A stretch of 42,412 nucleotides of DNA from Candidatus Scatousia excrementipullorum (GCA_017694215.1 JADIND010000114.1:1-42412); one strand, 5' to 3'. Positions 7,368 through 16,750 are shown, numbered from the stretch's first letter. The notes: generated by a model from the sequence alone, not told the origin. Translations and numbers: made by a program.

Positions 7368-8420
7368 ATGGTAGATGCAATATCCGAATTCAACGCTAAT
7401 AAACCGACCAATCCTAAACTGGATTTGACTTTAAACTGGAATAAGCTGACAGTTGATGAGATAAATGAGTATGAAAAACAGGGGCAGGAGGTTCCGGAAT
7501 ACATAAAAAAATGGGCTGAATATGTTGAAAACCTTGAGAATGTTCCGGACGATGTTACATACGAAAGTTATGCCGGTAAGGCCGGAGTTTCCGACTACGC
7601 CTTGAATGGAGGACTTTTTTCAAGTCAAGAGATAGTACAGAAAAATATATATACCCAGTTAGGACAGGATACTATAAGCAATATAAAAACTATGGCACAA
7701 CAGCTTGAAGACATTATGAAAGAAGCCGAAAAAGAAGTTAGCGAAGCAGAAGCCGGCAAAGACGGCATTGTTGACAGGATTCAAACACTGCAAAACAGAA
7801 TATCGCAGTTAAAAGATGATAAGAAAAATCCTCTGGCCTCAATGGATATTATTGATATTAACAATCAGATTAAAGCAGCCGGCGAATCCGGTATTACGAC
7901 AATGGATATGAGGTTACTTTCTCTTGAAAGTATAGGTGGTACAGTTGAAGACGCTTATGAAATGATTCGCGGAGCAAAAGGTCTTGCATCCACATTAAGC
8001 GGTTATGCAGGCGGAGCACCTTTTGGAAACGTATTAGTCCGAAAATACAGTCAAGAACTGCAAGAACTCTCAAAAGAACATACCAGAGATTTCAAATCAG
8101 CAAGCGAGGAACAGGATCAAAATATCGAAACAGTCGGCGGATACAAGAGCGAAGTTGCAAGTTCTTCAAACCAGTATATTCCTGCAGGAGCCGAAACAAG
8201 TATTTCTTCAGACGGTCAGAGCGGTTCTCAAAATTCGGACGGAACAACATCTGCTGCAACGAGTGCAAAAGAAGACGAAAAATCTGCAGAAAAGAAAGAA
8301 CGTCAAACAAGAACTACTCAAAAAACAAAAGAAGAAAAGACAAAAACGCTCGCAGACGAAAAAATTCTCACAGACCCGAACGAAATCCTTAAACGGAAAA
8401 TGAAACGCGGCGAAATTTAG
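7368..8420 (+). CDS. Hypothetical protein with a coiled-coil middle and a Lys/Glu/Thr-rich C-terminus
   Basis: 350-aa ORF with AGGAG 8 nt upstream of the ATG. No recognisable catalytic motif. Confidence 0.65.
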   Translation: MVDAISEFNANKPTNPKLDLTLNWNKLTVDEINEYEKQGQEVPEYIKKWAEYVENLENVPDDVTYESYAGKAGVSDYALNGGLFSSQEIVQKNIYTQLGQDTISNIKTMAQQLEDIMKEAEKEVSEAEAGKDGIVDRIQTLQNRISQLKDDKKNPLASMDIIDINNQIKAAGESGITTMDMRLLSLESIGGTVEDAYEMIRGAKGLASTLSGYAGGAPFGNVLVRKYSQELQELSKEHTRDFKSASEEQDQNIETVGGYKSEVASSSNQYIPAGAETSISSDGQSGSQNSDGTTSAATSAKEDEKSAEKKERQTRTTQKTKEEKTKTLADEKILTDPNEILKRKMKRGEI

Positions 8421-9058
8421 CGTAAACTTTGAATTGCTGCATTTATATCTGCTGATTTGTATACGTAATTACCGGCAACAAGTGAATTTGCACCTTTTTC
8501 AATGCAAATTTTTGCCGTATCAGCGTTAATACCGCCGTCAACCTGAATTATCAAATTTTCAGTTGAATTTTCTCTTATATATGGAATTTTATCGGCACAG
8601 TTGCTCATAAATTTCTGCCCGCCAAATCCGGGCTCTACGGTCATTACAAGAACCATATCAGCAATATCTAAAAAGTCCTTGATTGTTTCCGGATGAGTTT
8701 TAGGTTTTATGGAAATTCCTGCCTTTAATCCCGCGGATTGAATTTGTTTTATTATATCAAAAGATTTTTCATTAGCAGCCTCATAGTGGAACGTGATGAT
8801 ATCGGCACCTGCAGCCGCAAACGGCTGAATATATTTATCAGGATTTTCAATCATTAAATGTACATCAAGAGGTAGATTGGTAATTTTCTTAATAGATTTA
8901 ACAACAGGAACGCCAATGGTGATATTCGGCACAAAATGTCCGTCCATAATATCAACATGCAGCCAATCCGCACCTGCATTTTCCACAAGTTTAATATCTC
9001 TTTCAAGATTTGCAAAATCTGCCGAAAGAATTGATGGTGAAATAATTACTTTCTTCAT
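8417..9058 (-). CDS. rpe: Ribulose-phosphate 3-epimerase
   Basis: MKKVIISPSILSADF...DIMDGHFVPN...MTVEPGFGGQKF are typical Rpe blocks. The start is taken at Met8 of the track ORF, so its ATG overlaps the rnc TGA (ATGA). Confidence 0.93.
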   Translation of the reverse strand: MKKVIISPSILSADFANLERDIKLVENAGADWLHVDIMDGHFVPNITIGVPVVKSIKKITNLPLDVHLMIENPDKYIQPFAAAGADIITFHYEAANEKSFDIIKQIQSAGLKAGISIKPKTHPETIKDFLDIADMVLVMTVEPGFGGQKFMSNCADKIPYIRENSTENLIIQVDGGINADTAKICIEKGANSLVAGNYVYKSADINAAIQSLR

Positions 9059-9738
9059 ATCGCCCCCAGCTTCTTGCAAGCTTCATAAGCCGCTTTCTGT
9101 TCGGCTTCTTTTTTGGTCTTTCCGCATCCTGAAGCTATAACTTCATCGTTGTAACTTACTTCTACGGTAAAGGTTCTGTTATGTGCAGGCCCTTCGGTAT
9201 TTACCACTTCATAAACAGGGATTGTTTTATCCAGTCCCTGCGTATATTCCTGCAAAATAGCCTTCGCATTATAATGGCTGTAATTTTTTTCTATTTCATT
9301 CAAATACGGCGGAAAAAGATTTTTAATAAAATTTGTAAGCTCACTAAGTTTTCCGTCAAGATAATAAGCTCCCAGTACGGCCTCAAATGCACATGCTTTT
9401 ACTGATTCAAGCTTCTTAATTCCTAATTTTTCATCGTGGCTGGCGACAATAATAAGTTTGTCCAGCCCGACATCAGCACAAATTTGTGCAAGAATGTTAT
9501 CAGACACTGCAATAGAGCGAATTTTTGACATTTCGCCTTCCGGAGCTTGAGGATATTTTTCATAAAGCATATCAGAAATAAGAAGTTTCAAAACAGCATC
9601 ACCAAGAAATTCAAGTCGTTCATAACAGCTATTATAGGCAAGATTATTTTCTTTTGTATAAGACGGATGAGTTAATGCAGCATTATACAAATCACCGTTC
9701 TCAATACATATTCCGAAAATATCTTCAACCGGTTTCAT
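9055..9738 (-). CDS. rnc: Ribonuclease III
   Basis: Has the ERLEFLGDAVL RNase III signature and a C-terminal dsRNA-binding domain (GPAHNRTFTVEV...GKTKKEAEQKAA). Confidence 0.93.
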   Translation of the reverse strand: MKPVEDIFGICIENGDLYNAALTHPSYTKENNLAYNSCYERLEFLGDAVLKLLISDMLYEKYPQAPEGEMSKIRSIAVSDNILAQICADVGLDKLIIVASHDEKLGIKKLESVKACAFEAVLGAYYLDGKLSELTNFIKNLFPPYLNEIEKNYSHYNAKAILQEYTQGLDKTIPVYEVVNTEGPAHNRTFTVEVSYNDEVIASGCGKTKKEAEQKAAYEACKKLGAI

Positions 9739-10629
9739 TTAAAACAACCCTCTGAAAAATGTTATCAAATCTGTTAACAGTTCATTAGAAAAAACAACAT
9801 GCTTACAGAAATAATACATAACAGGAATAGTCAGAATAAAGCTGTCGGTTCTGTCAAGAAAACCGCCGTGACCCGGAAGTGAATGTCCGGAATCTTTTAC
9901 CCCGGCATCTCGTTTAATAAGAGATTCGCTCAAATCGCCTATCTGCCCGAAAACAGTACATAACAATCCAAGCATAACTGAAAAATACCATTCCAACTCA
10001 AGAAAATATCCGATTAGCAATGCTCCAAGAACAGCAGCAATCGCACCCCCTACAGAGCCTTCTATAGTTTTATTCGGGCTGACGACAGGTGCAAGTTTAT
10101 GTTTGCCCAGATGTCTGCCTGCATAGTAGCAGCCTATATCTGTTGCCAAAATCGCAGTAAACATTAAAACAACAAATCCCAGTCCGTCATTAAATCTTTC
10201 GGAACTTAAATTTCTCAAAAATATTAAGTGAAGCGGAAACCATCCGCAGTATATAATTCCGAGGATTGTTGTTGCAACATTGGCAATGTATGGCTGTCGA
10301 CCTCTGAACAACACCCACATAAAAGTTCCTATAACAGAAAATGTAAGTGCAACAGTAACTAAGTCGAATCTCTGGAAATAAGCAGCGGCAGCAATAATTA
10401 GCTGAGCAAGAAACATCACTTTGAGGCTCGGGAAAAAGCCTTTATTTTCCAGAATTTTGACGTATTCTTTAGACGCCACAAAAATTATGGACAAAAGCAT
10501 CAAAAGAATTGCCCATTTTCCGTATATAATACAGGTCATCACAATAGTACCCAGCACAAAGCCAGTCAGCATTCTTGTGGCGTTTTTATTTAAACCGTTT
10601 TTGTTCTGCCCTTCTTCTTCGTTAACCAT
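9739..10629 (-). CDS. cdsA: Phosphatidate cytidylyltransferase
   Basis: Multi-pass membrane protein with the CdsA signature SLIKRDAGVKDSGHSLPGHGGFLDRTDS. It abuts the rnc start, and its ATG overlaps the frr stop (TAATG). Confidence 0.9.
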   Translation of the reverse strand: MVNEEEGQNKNGLNKNATRMLTGFVLGTIVMTCIIYGKWAILLMLLSIIFVASKEYVKILENKGFFPSLKVMFLAQLIIAAAAYFQRFDLVTVALTFSVIGTFMWVLFRGRQPYIANVATTILGIIYCGWFPLHLIFLRNLSSERFNDGLGFVVLMFTAILATDIGCYYAGRHLGKHKLAPVVSPNKTIEGSVGGAIAAVLGALLIGYFLELEWYFSVMLGLLCTVFGQIGDLSESLIKRDAGVKDSGHSLPGHGGFLDRTDSFILTIPVMYYFCKHVVFSNELLTDLITFFRGLF

Positions 10630-11204
10630 TATACGGTCATAACCTCTTTTTCTTTTTCAGCAACGGTTTTGTCAACAATTCCCGTATATTTATCGGTAAG
10701 CTTCTGAATTTTATCCTGATTATCTTTAACGGAATCTTCAGGAAGTTTTTCATCTTTTTCTATTTTCTTTAAATCGTCAGACATATCACGGCGGATATTT
10801 CTGATTGCTACTTTAGATTCTTCGCCGATTTTTTTAACGTCTTTAACAAGTTCTTTTCTTCTTTCTTCCGTCAAAGGAGGGAACGCAAGTCTTATACAGA
10901 TACCGTCACTGTTCGGAGTAATACCGATTTCAGCTTTAATAATGGCTTTTTCAATTTCTTTGATAATAGATTTATCATAAGGTGTAATAACAAGTGTTGT
11001 ACCGTCCTGAACATTAACCTGTGACATCTGTCTTAATGGTGTCGGAGCACCGTAATAATCAACAACAACTTTATCCAGAATAAGCGGGTTAGCCCTTCCG
11101 GAGCGGATTGTAGCTAATTCTTTTTTCAGCTGTGTAACAGCTTTTTCCATTTTTTCTTCACCAAATAAAAATAATTCTTCTAATGAATCTGACAGTTCTG
11201 CCAT
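10629..11204 (-). CDS. frr: Ribosome recycling factor
   Basis: The full-length 191-aa product has the typical Frr pattern (LATIRSGRANPLILDKVVVDYYG...RNIRRD). Confidence 0.93.
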   Translation of the reverse strand: MAELSDSLEELFLFGEEKMEKAVTQLKKELATIRSGRANPLILDKVVVDYYGAPTPLRQMSQVNVQDGTTLVITPYDKSIIKEIEKAIIKAEIGITPNSDGICIRLAFPPLTEERRKELVKDVKKIGEESKVAIRNIRRDMSDDLKKIEKDEKLPEDSVKDNQDKIQKLTDKYTGIVDKTVAEKEKEVMTV

Positions 11205-11237
11205 TTTGACCTCTTTCTTTTTAATAAATATAATTAA

Positions 11238-11963
11238 TTATAAACCTATATATGTTCCGATGTGCTCGGACTGCAGAATCCTTGTAATTCCGTCTTTAGC
11301 GTCAAAATCAAAAACAACGATAGGTATATTATTTTGTTTACACAAAGCACAAGCCGATGTATCCATAACTTTCAAACCGTTAATAATGATATCGTCATAA
11401 GTGATTTTTTCAAGTTTTTTAGCATCCGGATTAACTTTAGGATCATCCGTATAGACTCCGTCAACACCGTTTTTAGCCATAAGCATGGCTTCAGCATTGA
11501 TTTCCGAGGCACGGAGTGCTGCAGCGGTATCCGTCGTAAAGAACGGATTGCCTGTACCTGCCGCAAATATAACAACTCTGCCTTTTTCAAGATGCCTGAT
11601 TGCACGGTGTCTTATATAAGGCTCTGCAACCTGATTAATTGTTATTGCACTTTGCACTCTGCAAGGCACGCCGATTTGATTAAAAGCACTCTGCAGAGCA
11701 ATCGCATTCATGACTGTAGCAAGCATTCCCACATAATCTCCGGACGCTTGATCCATGCCGAGTTTTGCACTGTTCTTCATTCCGCGGAAAATATTACCTC
11801 CGCCGACCACTACAGCAATTTCAGCACCCAAATCTCTTGCTTTTTTTATTTCTTCCGCAATCATTCTGACAGGAGCCTGATCAATCCCGAACTCCTGCGA
11901 CCCGAGCAGTGCCTCTCCGCTGATTTTAATTAATACCCTCTTATATTTCAAATTATTCTCCAT
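11238..11963 (-). CDS. pyrH: UMP kinase
   Basis: [12 protein letters not shown]...[10 protein letters not shown]...[10 protein letters not shown] are PyrH blocks. Confidence 0.93.
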   Translation of the reverse strand: MENNLKYKRVLIKISGEALLGSQEFGIDQAPVRMIAEEIKKARDLGAEIAVVVGGGNIFRGMKNSAKLGMDQASGDYVGMLATVMNAIALQSAFNQIGVPCRVQSAITINQVAEPYIRHRAIRHLEKGRVVIFAAGTGNPFFTTDTAAALRASEINAEAMLMAKNGVDGVYTDDPKVNPDAKKLEKITYDDIIINGLKVMDTSACALCKQNNIPIVVFDFDAKDGITRILQSEHIGTYIGL

Positions 11964-12224
11964 AAACGACCTCTTCTTTTAATCATATATTAAATAAGGC
12001 CTATTGTAAAGCATTAAAGAAAATTATTTAAGAGCTGTATATAAATTTCAAAAAAACTCTTTATATTAAGTTATGTAAAGATGAATATATACTCCTAAAC
12101 CCGCTCTATACAGTAGTTTTAAAAATTTATATATAAAAAACATATAAACAATAGCACTTTTTTGCAACAAAAAGTTTTTATATAAATATACAAGAAAATT
12201 ATTACAGTAAGAAAAGGAGAATAT

Positions 12225-12413
12225 ATGGCACGAGTACTTATTTCAATGCCCGAAGATTTTTTGCACAAGATTGATCAGGTAGCTGACGGAGAAAACCGTT
12301 CACGCAGTGAGTTAATCAGGGAAGCTTTGAGAACTTACATTTACAAACAGAAAGTTCGTCAATCAACCACTGCCGGCAAAAATGCCGAAATCCTTGAAGA
12401 GTTGCTTGAATAA
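12225..12413 (+). CDS. Ribbon-helix-helix (CopG/NikR-type) DNA-binding protein, orphan
   Basis: The 62-aa product has MARVLISMPEDFLHKID...RSRSELIREALRTYI, which fits the RHH beta-alpha-alpha pattern. AAGGAG lies upstream of the start. No partner toxin ORF is adjacent. Confidence 0.75.
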   Translation: MARVLISMPEDFLHKIDQVADGENRSRSELIREALRTYIYKQKVRQSTTAGKNAEILEELLE

Positions 12414-12452
12414 TATCTTGTATGACGGCTAAAAAGATTTGGGAAGATTTAG

Positions 12453-12473
12453 CGGCACAGCATAGCTGTGCCG
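12453..12473. terminator. Hairpin between the convergent RHH gene and mtnA
   Basis: CGGCACAGC-ata-GCTGTGCCG, a 9-bp GC-rich stem followed by tttctgattttt. Confidence 0.65.
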
Positions 12474-12483
12474 TTTCTGATTT

Positions 12484-13542
12484 TTATAACCTGAAAGCTT
12501 CTGCGATTGACTTTGTATAAGCCGGTCTCAGAATTCCTTTTTCCGTAATAATTCCGCTAATCAATTCATGCGGTGTTACGTCAAAACCCGGATTAATTAC
12601 ATTTACGGATTCCGCACAGATAATTTTCCCGTTTATATGTGTAACTTCATCTCTTGAACGTTCTTCTATCACGATTTCGTCACCCGTTTTTATGCTTGTG
12701 TCAATGGTTGAAAGCGGTGCTGCTACATAAAACGGAATGTTATGATATTTTGCGGCAATCGCAACTGTGTATGTTCCTATTTTATTTGCAGCATCTCCGT
12801 TGGCTGCAATTCTGTCTGCACCTACCACAACCATATCAATCATACCTTTTTTCATAAAATATGAGCACATGCCGTCAGTAATTAGAGTTGTCGGGATTCC
12901 GTCCATGGTAAGCTCAAAAGTTGTAATTCTAGCCCCCTGCTGACGAGGTCTTGTTTCATCAGCAAAAACCTGTATTGTAGGGTCATTTGCAAATGCCGAA
13001 CGAACAACTCCAAGGGCTGTACCGTAACCTACTGTTGCAAGTCCTCCGGCATTACAATGTGTAAGGATTGTTGCACCTTTAGGTACAACTTCTGCACCGT
13101 AATCGCCGATTTTTTTGTTTATTTCAATGTCGTCATTTTCCATTTTTATGGCATTTTGTTTTAATTCTTCAACTATACCTTTTATATCGGCGGTTGAATT
13201 TTTAATAATTTCTTTTTGTTTTTCGACCGCCCACATAAGGTTTACTGCTGTAGGACGGGAAGTAGCCATATAATCTGCTTTTTCAAGTAATCTCTTTGCA
13301 AATTCATCACGTGAAAGATTTTCTTTAGCAAGTTCCTGAGCATAAAGAACCACACCGTGTGCTCCGGCAACGCCTATTGCAGGGGCTCCGCGTACTATCA
13401 TGGTTTTTATTGCATCATACATTTCCTGCCCGCTTGTTATATTTACATATTTGAATTCATACGGCAGAACTGTTTGATCCACCATTTTTGAGTAATTATT
13501 TATCCATTCTATTGTTTTTATTTTTGAGTGAAATTCTGCCAT
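12484..13542 (-). CDS. mtnA: S-methyl-5-thioribose-1-phosphate isomerase (eIF-2B alpha/beta/delta family)
   Basis: VRGAPAIGV...TSRPTAVNL...THCNAGGLAT...ETRPRQQGARIT...GADRIAANGD are typical MtnA blocks. Confidence 0.88.
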   Translation of the reverse strand: MAEFHSKIKTIEWINNYSKMVDQTVLPYEFKYVNITSGQEMYDAIKTMIVRGAPAIGVAGAHGVVLYAQELAKENLSRDEFAKRLLEKADYMATSRPTAVNLMWAVEKQKEIIKNSTADIKGIVEELKQNAIKMENDDIEINKKIGDYGAEVVPKGATILTHCNAGGLATVGYGTALGVVRSAFANDPTIQVFADETRPRQQGARITTFELTMDGIPTTLITDGMCSYFMKKGMIDMVVVGADRIAANGDAANKIGTYTVAIAAKYHNIPFYVAAPLSTIDTSIKTGDEIVIEERSRDEVTHINGKIICAESVNVINPGFDVTPHELISGIITEKGILRPAYTKSIAEAFRL

Positions 13543-13556
13543 CTTATTTTTCCTTT

Positions 13557-14030
13557 TTATTTAAATATATTACGTCTTTTTTCTTCGTTCTTATCAAGTG
13601 TTTTTATAAATTCTTTTATATAGAAAGTTATGAAACCCATGAAAGCATTAATTGTTGCACTTAATACTGACATAAATACAGACAGTATTAAAAGTATCCC
13701 GAAATTAGCATTTCCCAGAATCATTGAAACTCCGTAGTTTGTAGAATAATTGAAGAACTTATAAAGGATTGCAACAATAGGAATATAGACTATGCAAAAT
13801 ACCATAAATGATACAAAACCTATAATTCCGCCGATTACTGCACTTTCGTTAACCGTAAAAAGTTCCAGAAGTCTTACTTTCATTAAAAACAGCATTTCAA
13901 TAACCGCAGCAAAACAAAGCAGAATCCAGAATGCGATTTCACCTATATATGGTGTTGCTGTCAATATTCCGAACACTATCCCGAGAAATGCACTTATTAA
14001 AAGAATTAATTTTAATAAAGATTTGTCCAT
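13557..14030 (-). CDS. Hypothetical integral membrane protein
   Basis: 157 aa with about five hydrophobic spans. No recognisable motif. Confidence 0.6.
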   Translation of the reverse strand: MDKSLLKLILLISAFLGIVFGILTATPYIGEIAFWILLCFAAVIEMLFLMKVRLLELFTVNESAVIGGIIGFVSFMVFCIVYIPIVAILYKFFNYSTNYGVSMILGNANFGILLILSVFMSVLSATINAFMGFITFYIKEFIKTLDKNEEKRRNIFK

Positions 14031-14068
14031 AAGCTCTCCGTTTTATTATTGATAATAACATAAAAATT

Positions 14069-15472
14069 TTATTTATTTAGTTTTATAGGTGGGTCATCAG
14101 GGAAATTTTTCCTGCCCCGTTCGTAAACTCCCATGGCGGCTTTAAAATTCTTTTCCTTTATATAGATATTACAAAGAATTTTGTATGCATTATAAATTTT
14201 CGGATTTCTGTTCAAAAGATTTCTCAAAATATCTTTTGCTTCCGAATAATTTTCAAGTTCGTAATAAAGTCCTGCTATATATAAAAGCCCGTTGTCATCC
14301 TGATTGAGTTCGTAAGAAAGGTTTGCATATTCCAGTGCAGATTTATAATCTTTCATTTTGTAATAAGCAACTGAAATTCTGTTATAAATTATGCTGCGGT
14401 TGGTATTTTCCGTTGCTATTTCAAGAGATTTCTCAAAACTTTTTATGGCATTGGCGTAATCTTCTTTTTGAAAATAGAGTTCGCCTATTTTAGCATATTC
14501 TGTGTATGCCGTACTTTTTGAATTTTTTATTTTGTTTTTAAGGTCGTGGAGTTGCATTTCAATTCTGCCCTCTTTATTCCCCCATACATCATCCGGAGTT
14601 ATCAAACCTGCTTTTTCAGGGTCTGAAAATGGAGCATTGGTAACATCAGGAACTATTGAATACACAAGCCTTAATGTTCTCAAATCGTTTTCGCTGATAT
14701 CATTTTTTTTAGAACTTACCGGATACATTAAATCCTTCGGGTTAGAACTGTGTCCGTTCAGCCCCAGTGAATGTCCTATTTCGTGCAAAGCTGTTGTGTA
14801 AATTATTTCAGGGGGGTAGAGTGTTCTCTGGCAGCTTACTTTCGCAAATTTTATTTCCGAATATTTGATTAAATTTTTCTCATATTTATACCCGTGCCAT
14901 GCCGCAATATTACTTACTCCGCATTTCCGTTCAAAATTTGCCGGAAAAAAACATCTTATATCTGCTTTATTTTTTTCAAGAGTGTATTTAAAAGTTATGA
15001 AATTTCCGGAGGCTTTCTGCCAGTGCTCAAATGCTTTTCGTATCTGCTGATAATAATACGGCGGGAGGTTCGGGTTATTCTCAATATAGACCGTTAACGG
15101 AAATGTCGAAGGATTCCAGCGGACGAGTTTGCCGTTTGAAAGTATGCTGTCTATATAGTTTTCGCCGACTTTTTCATTAATTATAGAGCGGTTTTTTCTT
15201 GCTGTTTCGTTCAAAAAACTATCATCAACTGGTGTTGAAATTTTTGTCTGGTTTTCTTGACGTAAGTCATTGCCGGAATCCGAAGTCTGTTTCTTTTTTA
15301 TATGCCGGATTTTACTGCTGTTTGTGCGTAATATTTTTCCTTCACTTTTGTTTGTTTTTGATACCTGAACAGCTGCGTTTGAACTATTTGGCTGCGAACT
15401 GCCGGTTGTTTGAATTTGCCATATGCTGAAGAATGATAGAAACATTATTAAAGCAATCAGAAGAAATCTCAC
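14069..15472 (-). CDS. Matrixin-like metzincin metalloprotease fused to C-terminal TPR repeats
   Basis: N-terminal hydrophobic anchor or signal, zinc motif HEIGHSLGLNGHS, Met-turn-like DLMYP, then several 34-residue TPR-like repeats (A..Y...G..Y pattern). Confidence 0.75.
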   Translation of the reverse strand: MRFLLIALIMFLSFFSIWQIQTTGSSQPNSSNAAVQVSKTNKSEGKILRTNSSKIRHIKKKQTSDSGNDLRQENQTKISTPVDDSFLNETARKNRSIINEKVGENYIDSILSNGKLVRWNPSTFPLTVYIENNPNLPPYYYQQIRKAFEHWQKASGNFITFKYTLEKNKADIRCFFPANFERKCGVSNIAAWHGYKYEKNLIKYSEIKFAKVSCQRTLYPPEIIYTTALHEIGHSLGLNGHSSNPKDLMYPVSSKKNDISENDLRTLRLVYSIVPDVTNAPFSDPEKAGLITPDDVWGNKEGRIEMQLHDLKNKIKNSKSTAYTEYAKIGELYFQKEDYANAIKSFEKSLEIATENTNRSIIYNRISVAYYKMKDYKSALEYANLSYELNQDDNGLLYIAGLYYELENYSEAKDILRNLLNRNPKIYNAYKILCNIYIKEKNFKAAMGVYERGRKNFPDDPPIKLNK

Positions 15473-15483
15473 CGCAGCCTCCG

Positions 15484-15954
15484 TTAGATGCAGGACCTTG
15501 AATGGCAGATTGCAATGGCAATGGAATCCACAGTATCATCAAGCTTCGGAAGAGTATCAGTGTTTAATGCTATTTTTACCATCTGTTCGACTTCTTTTTT
15601 GTCGGCTCTGCCGTAACCTGTCAGAACCTGTTTTACTTCCATCGGAGTATATTCAAATATCGGAACCCCGTATTTTTCAAGTATTGCAAGTATAATTCCT
15701 CTTGCATGAGCAACGGGCATAACAGTTGTACGGTTTCTAAAAAAGAAAAGTTTTTCGATTGATGCAACATCAGGTTTAAAATCTTCCACAATAGTGGTTA
15801 TATCTTCAAGAATTTCCAACAACCTTGAGGATTCACGGGTATTTTTTTTAGTCTGTATTGAACCGGATTTTAAGAGTGTGCAATTCTTACCGTCAAACTC
15901 AACAAGGCTGTAACCCACAATCGCCATCCCCGGATCTATGCCCAAAATTTTCAT
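15484..15954 (-). CDS. ruvC: Crossover junction endodeoxyribonuclease RuvC
   Basis: MKILGIDPGMAIVGYSLVE... with the conserved acidic residues, and a typical length of 156 aa. Confidence 0.9.
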   Translation of the reverse strand: MKILGIDPGMAIVGYSLVEFDGKNCTLLKSGSIQTKKNTRESSRLLEILEDITTIVEDFKPDVASIEKLFFFRNRTTVMPVAHARGIILAILEKYGVPIFEYTPMEVKQVLTGYGRADKKEVEQMVKIALNTDTLPKLDDTVDSIAIAICHSRSCI

Positions 15955-16107
15955 AATAATAATTATATATAAAATTTCTCTTCAGGGCAATATTTTAAGA
16001 CTTTTGCAAATATATTGCTAAAACTTTACAATTACTTGATAATCAAAAAAGCTCATGCTAGGATTTCGGTATAATCAATTTACAATAGTTGAAGGGTATG
16101 GGGTAAC

Positions 16108-16638
16108 ATGAAGAGTTCAACGGTAAGAAGATCAAATTTATCCAAGGAGAAAATTGCAGTGCTTGAAGCATTAGCGAAATATAAACACGAATCCGCAGAT
16201 AATACTCCAAACGTTTATGTAAGAAATAATAAAGAAAAAGAATTAGACCTATTATGGCAAAATTTTAAGATTAACCAGAAGGGTGAGAAATCTCCGGTTG
16301 TTTATCTTGCTACAGGTTTTATTGCAGGTATTGTAGCAACATCTTTGATGTTTGCTATTCTGGGACTTTCAATCCACAGTGCATCGGTTTCTGTTCCTGC
16401 AGAAAAAGCAAAAACTAAAACTGAAAGCATTAACCTTGTTCCGGCTGCTGAAACAGCTGCTGCAACAACAGGTTCCGAAATTTATACAGTTCAAAGCGGT
16501 GACACTATGGAAAGTATCCTCACAAGATTCTACGGCGGATACAGCACAGAACGGTTGAATACTGTTATGAAAGCCAACAACATGACAAACCCTAACAAAC
16601 TTTCAATAGGTCAAAAATTAACAATTCCAATGCACTAA
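16108..16638 (+). CDS. LysM domain membrane protein
   Basis: One central TM span and a C-terminal LysM domain (YTVQSGDTMESIL...NKLSIGQKLTIP). Confidence 0.8.
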   Translation: MKSSTVRRSNLSKEKIAVLEALAKYKHESADNTPNVYVRNNKEKELDLLWQNFKINQKGEKSPVVYLATGFIAGIVATSLMFAILGLSIHSASVSVPAEKAKTKTESINLVPAAETAAATTGSEIYTVQSGDTMESILTRFYGGYSTERLNTVMKANNMTNPNKLSIGQKLTIPMH

Positions 16639-16660
16639 GAATAATAAATTTATACGCAAC

Positions 16661-16688
16661 AAAAAAGCTCCATTTCAGGAGCTTTTTT
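16661..16688 (+). terminator. Intrinsic terminator after the LysM gene
   Basis: AGCTCC-atttc-GGAGCT stem flanked by A6 upstream and T6 downstream. Confidence 0.7.
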
Positions 16689-16741
16689 GTTGTACAAGCC
16701 GGCATAACATTCTCAAAATCATAAATCTTTGAAGGAAAAAA

Positions 16742-16750
16742 GGGGGGGGG
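16742..16750. repeat. G9 homopolymer (preceded by A6), intergenic
   Basis: Read directly from the sequence: aaaaaa ggggggggg aacg. Confidence 0.95.

Noticed and set aside
8092-8403. Alternative-frame ORFs 8092..8310(-) and 8155..8403(+) inside 7368..8420
   Set aside because: They are products of the low-complexity A/G-rich 3' region of the main ORF, and there is no independent start signal.
3166-8416. An intact integrative element or prophage at the tRNA-Asp site
   Set aside because: I could find no integrase, excisionase, transposase, replication or structural genes, and no second full att-like repeat further downstream. Only scars and orphan cargo remain.
11262-11933. The 223-aa plus-strand ORF, and other long antisense ORFs such as 29527..29835(-), 33173..33550(-), 36781..37149(-) and 39231..39602(+)
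   Set aside because: They lie fully inside strongly supported genes on the opposite strand (pyrH, the CoA-disulfide reductase, the lpd-like gene, and so on). They have no motifs or RBS and are typical shadow ORFs.
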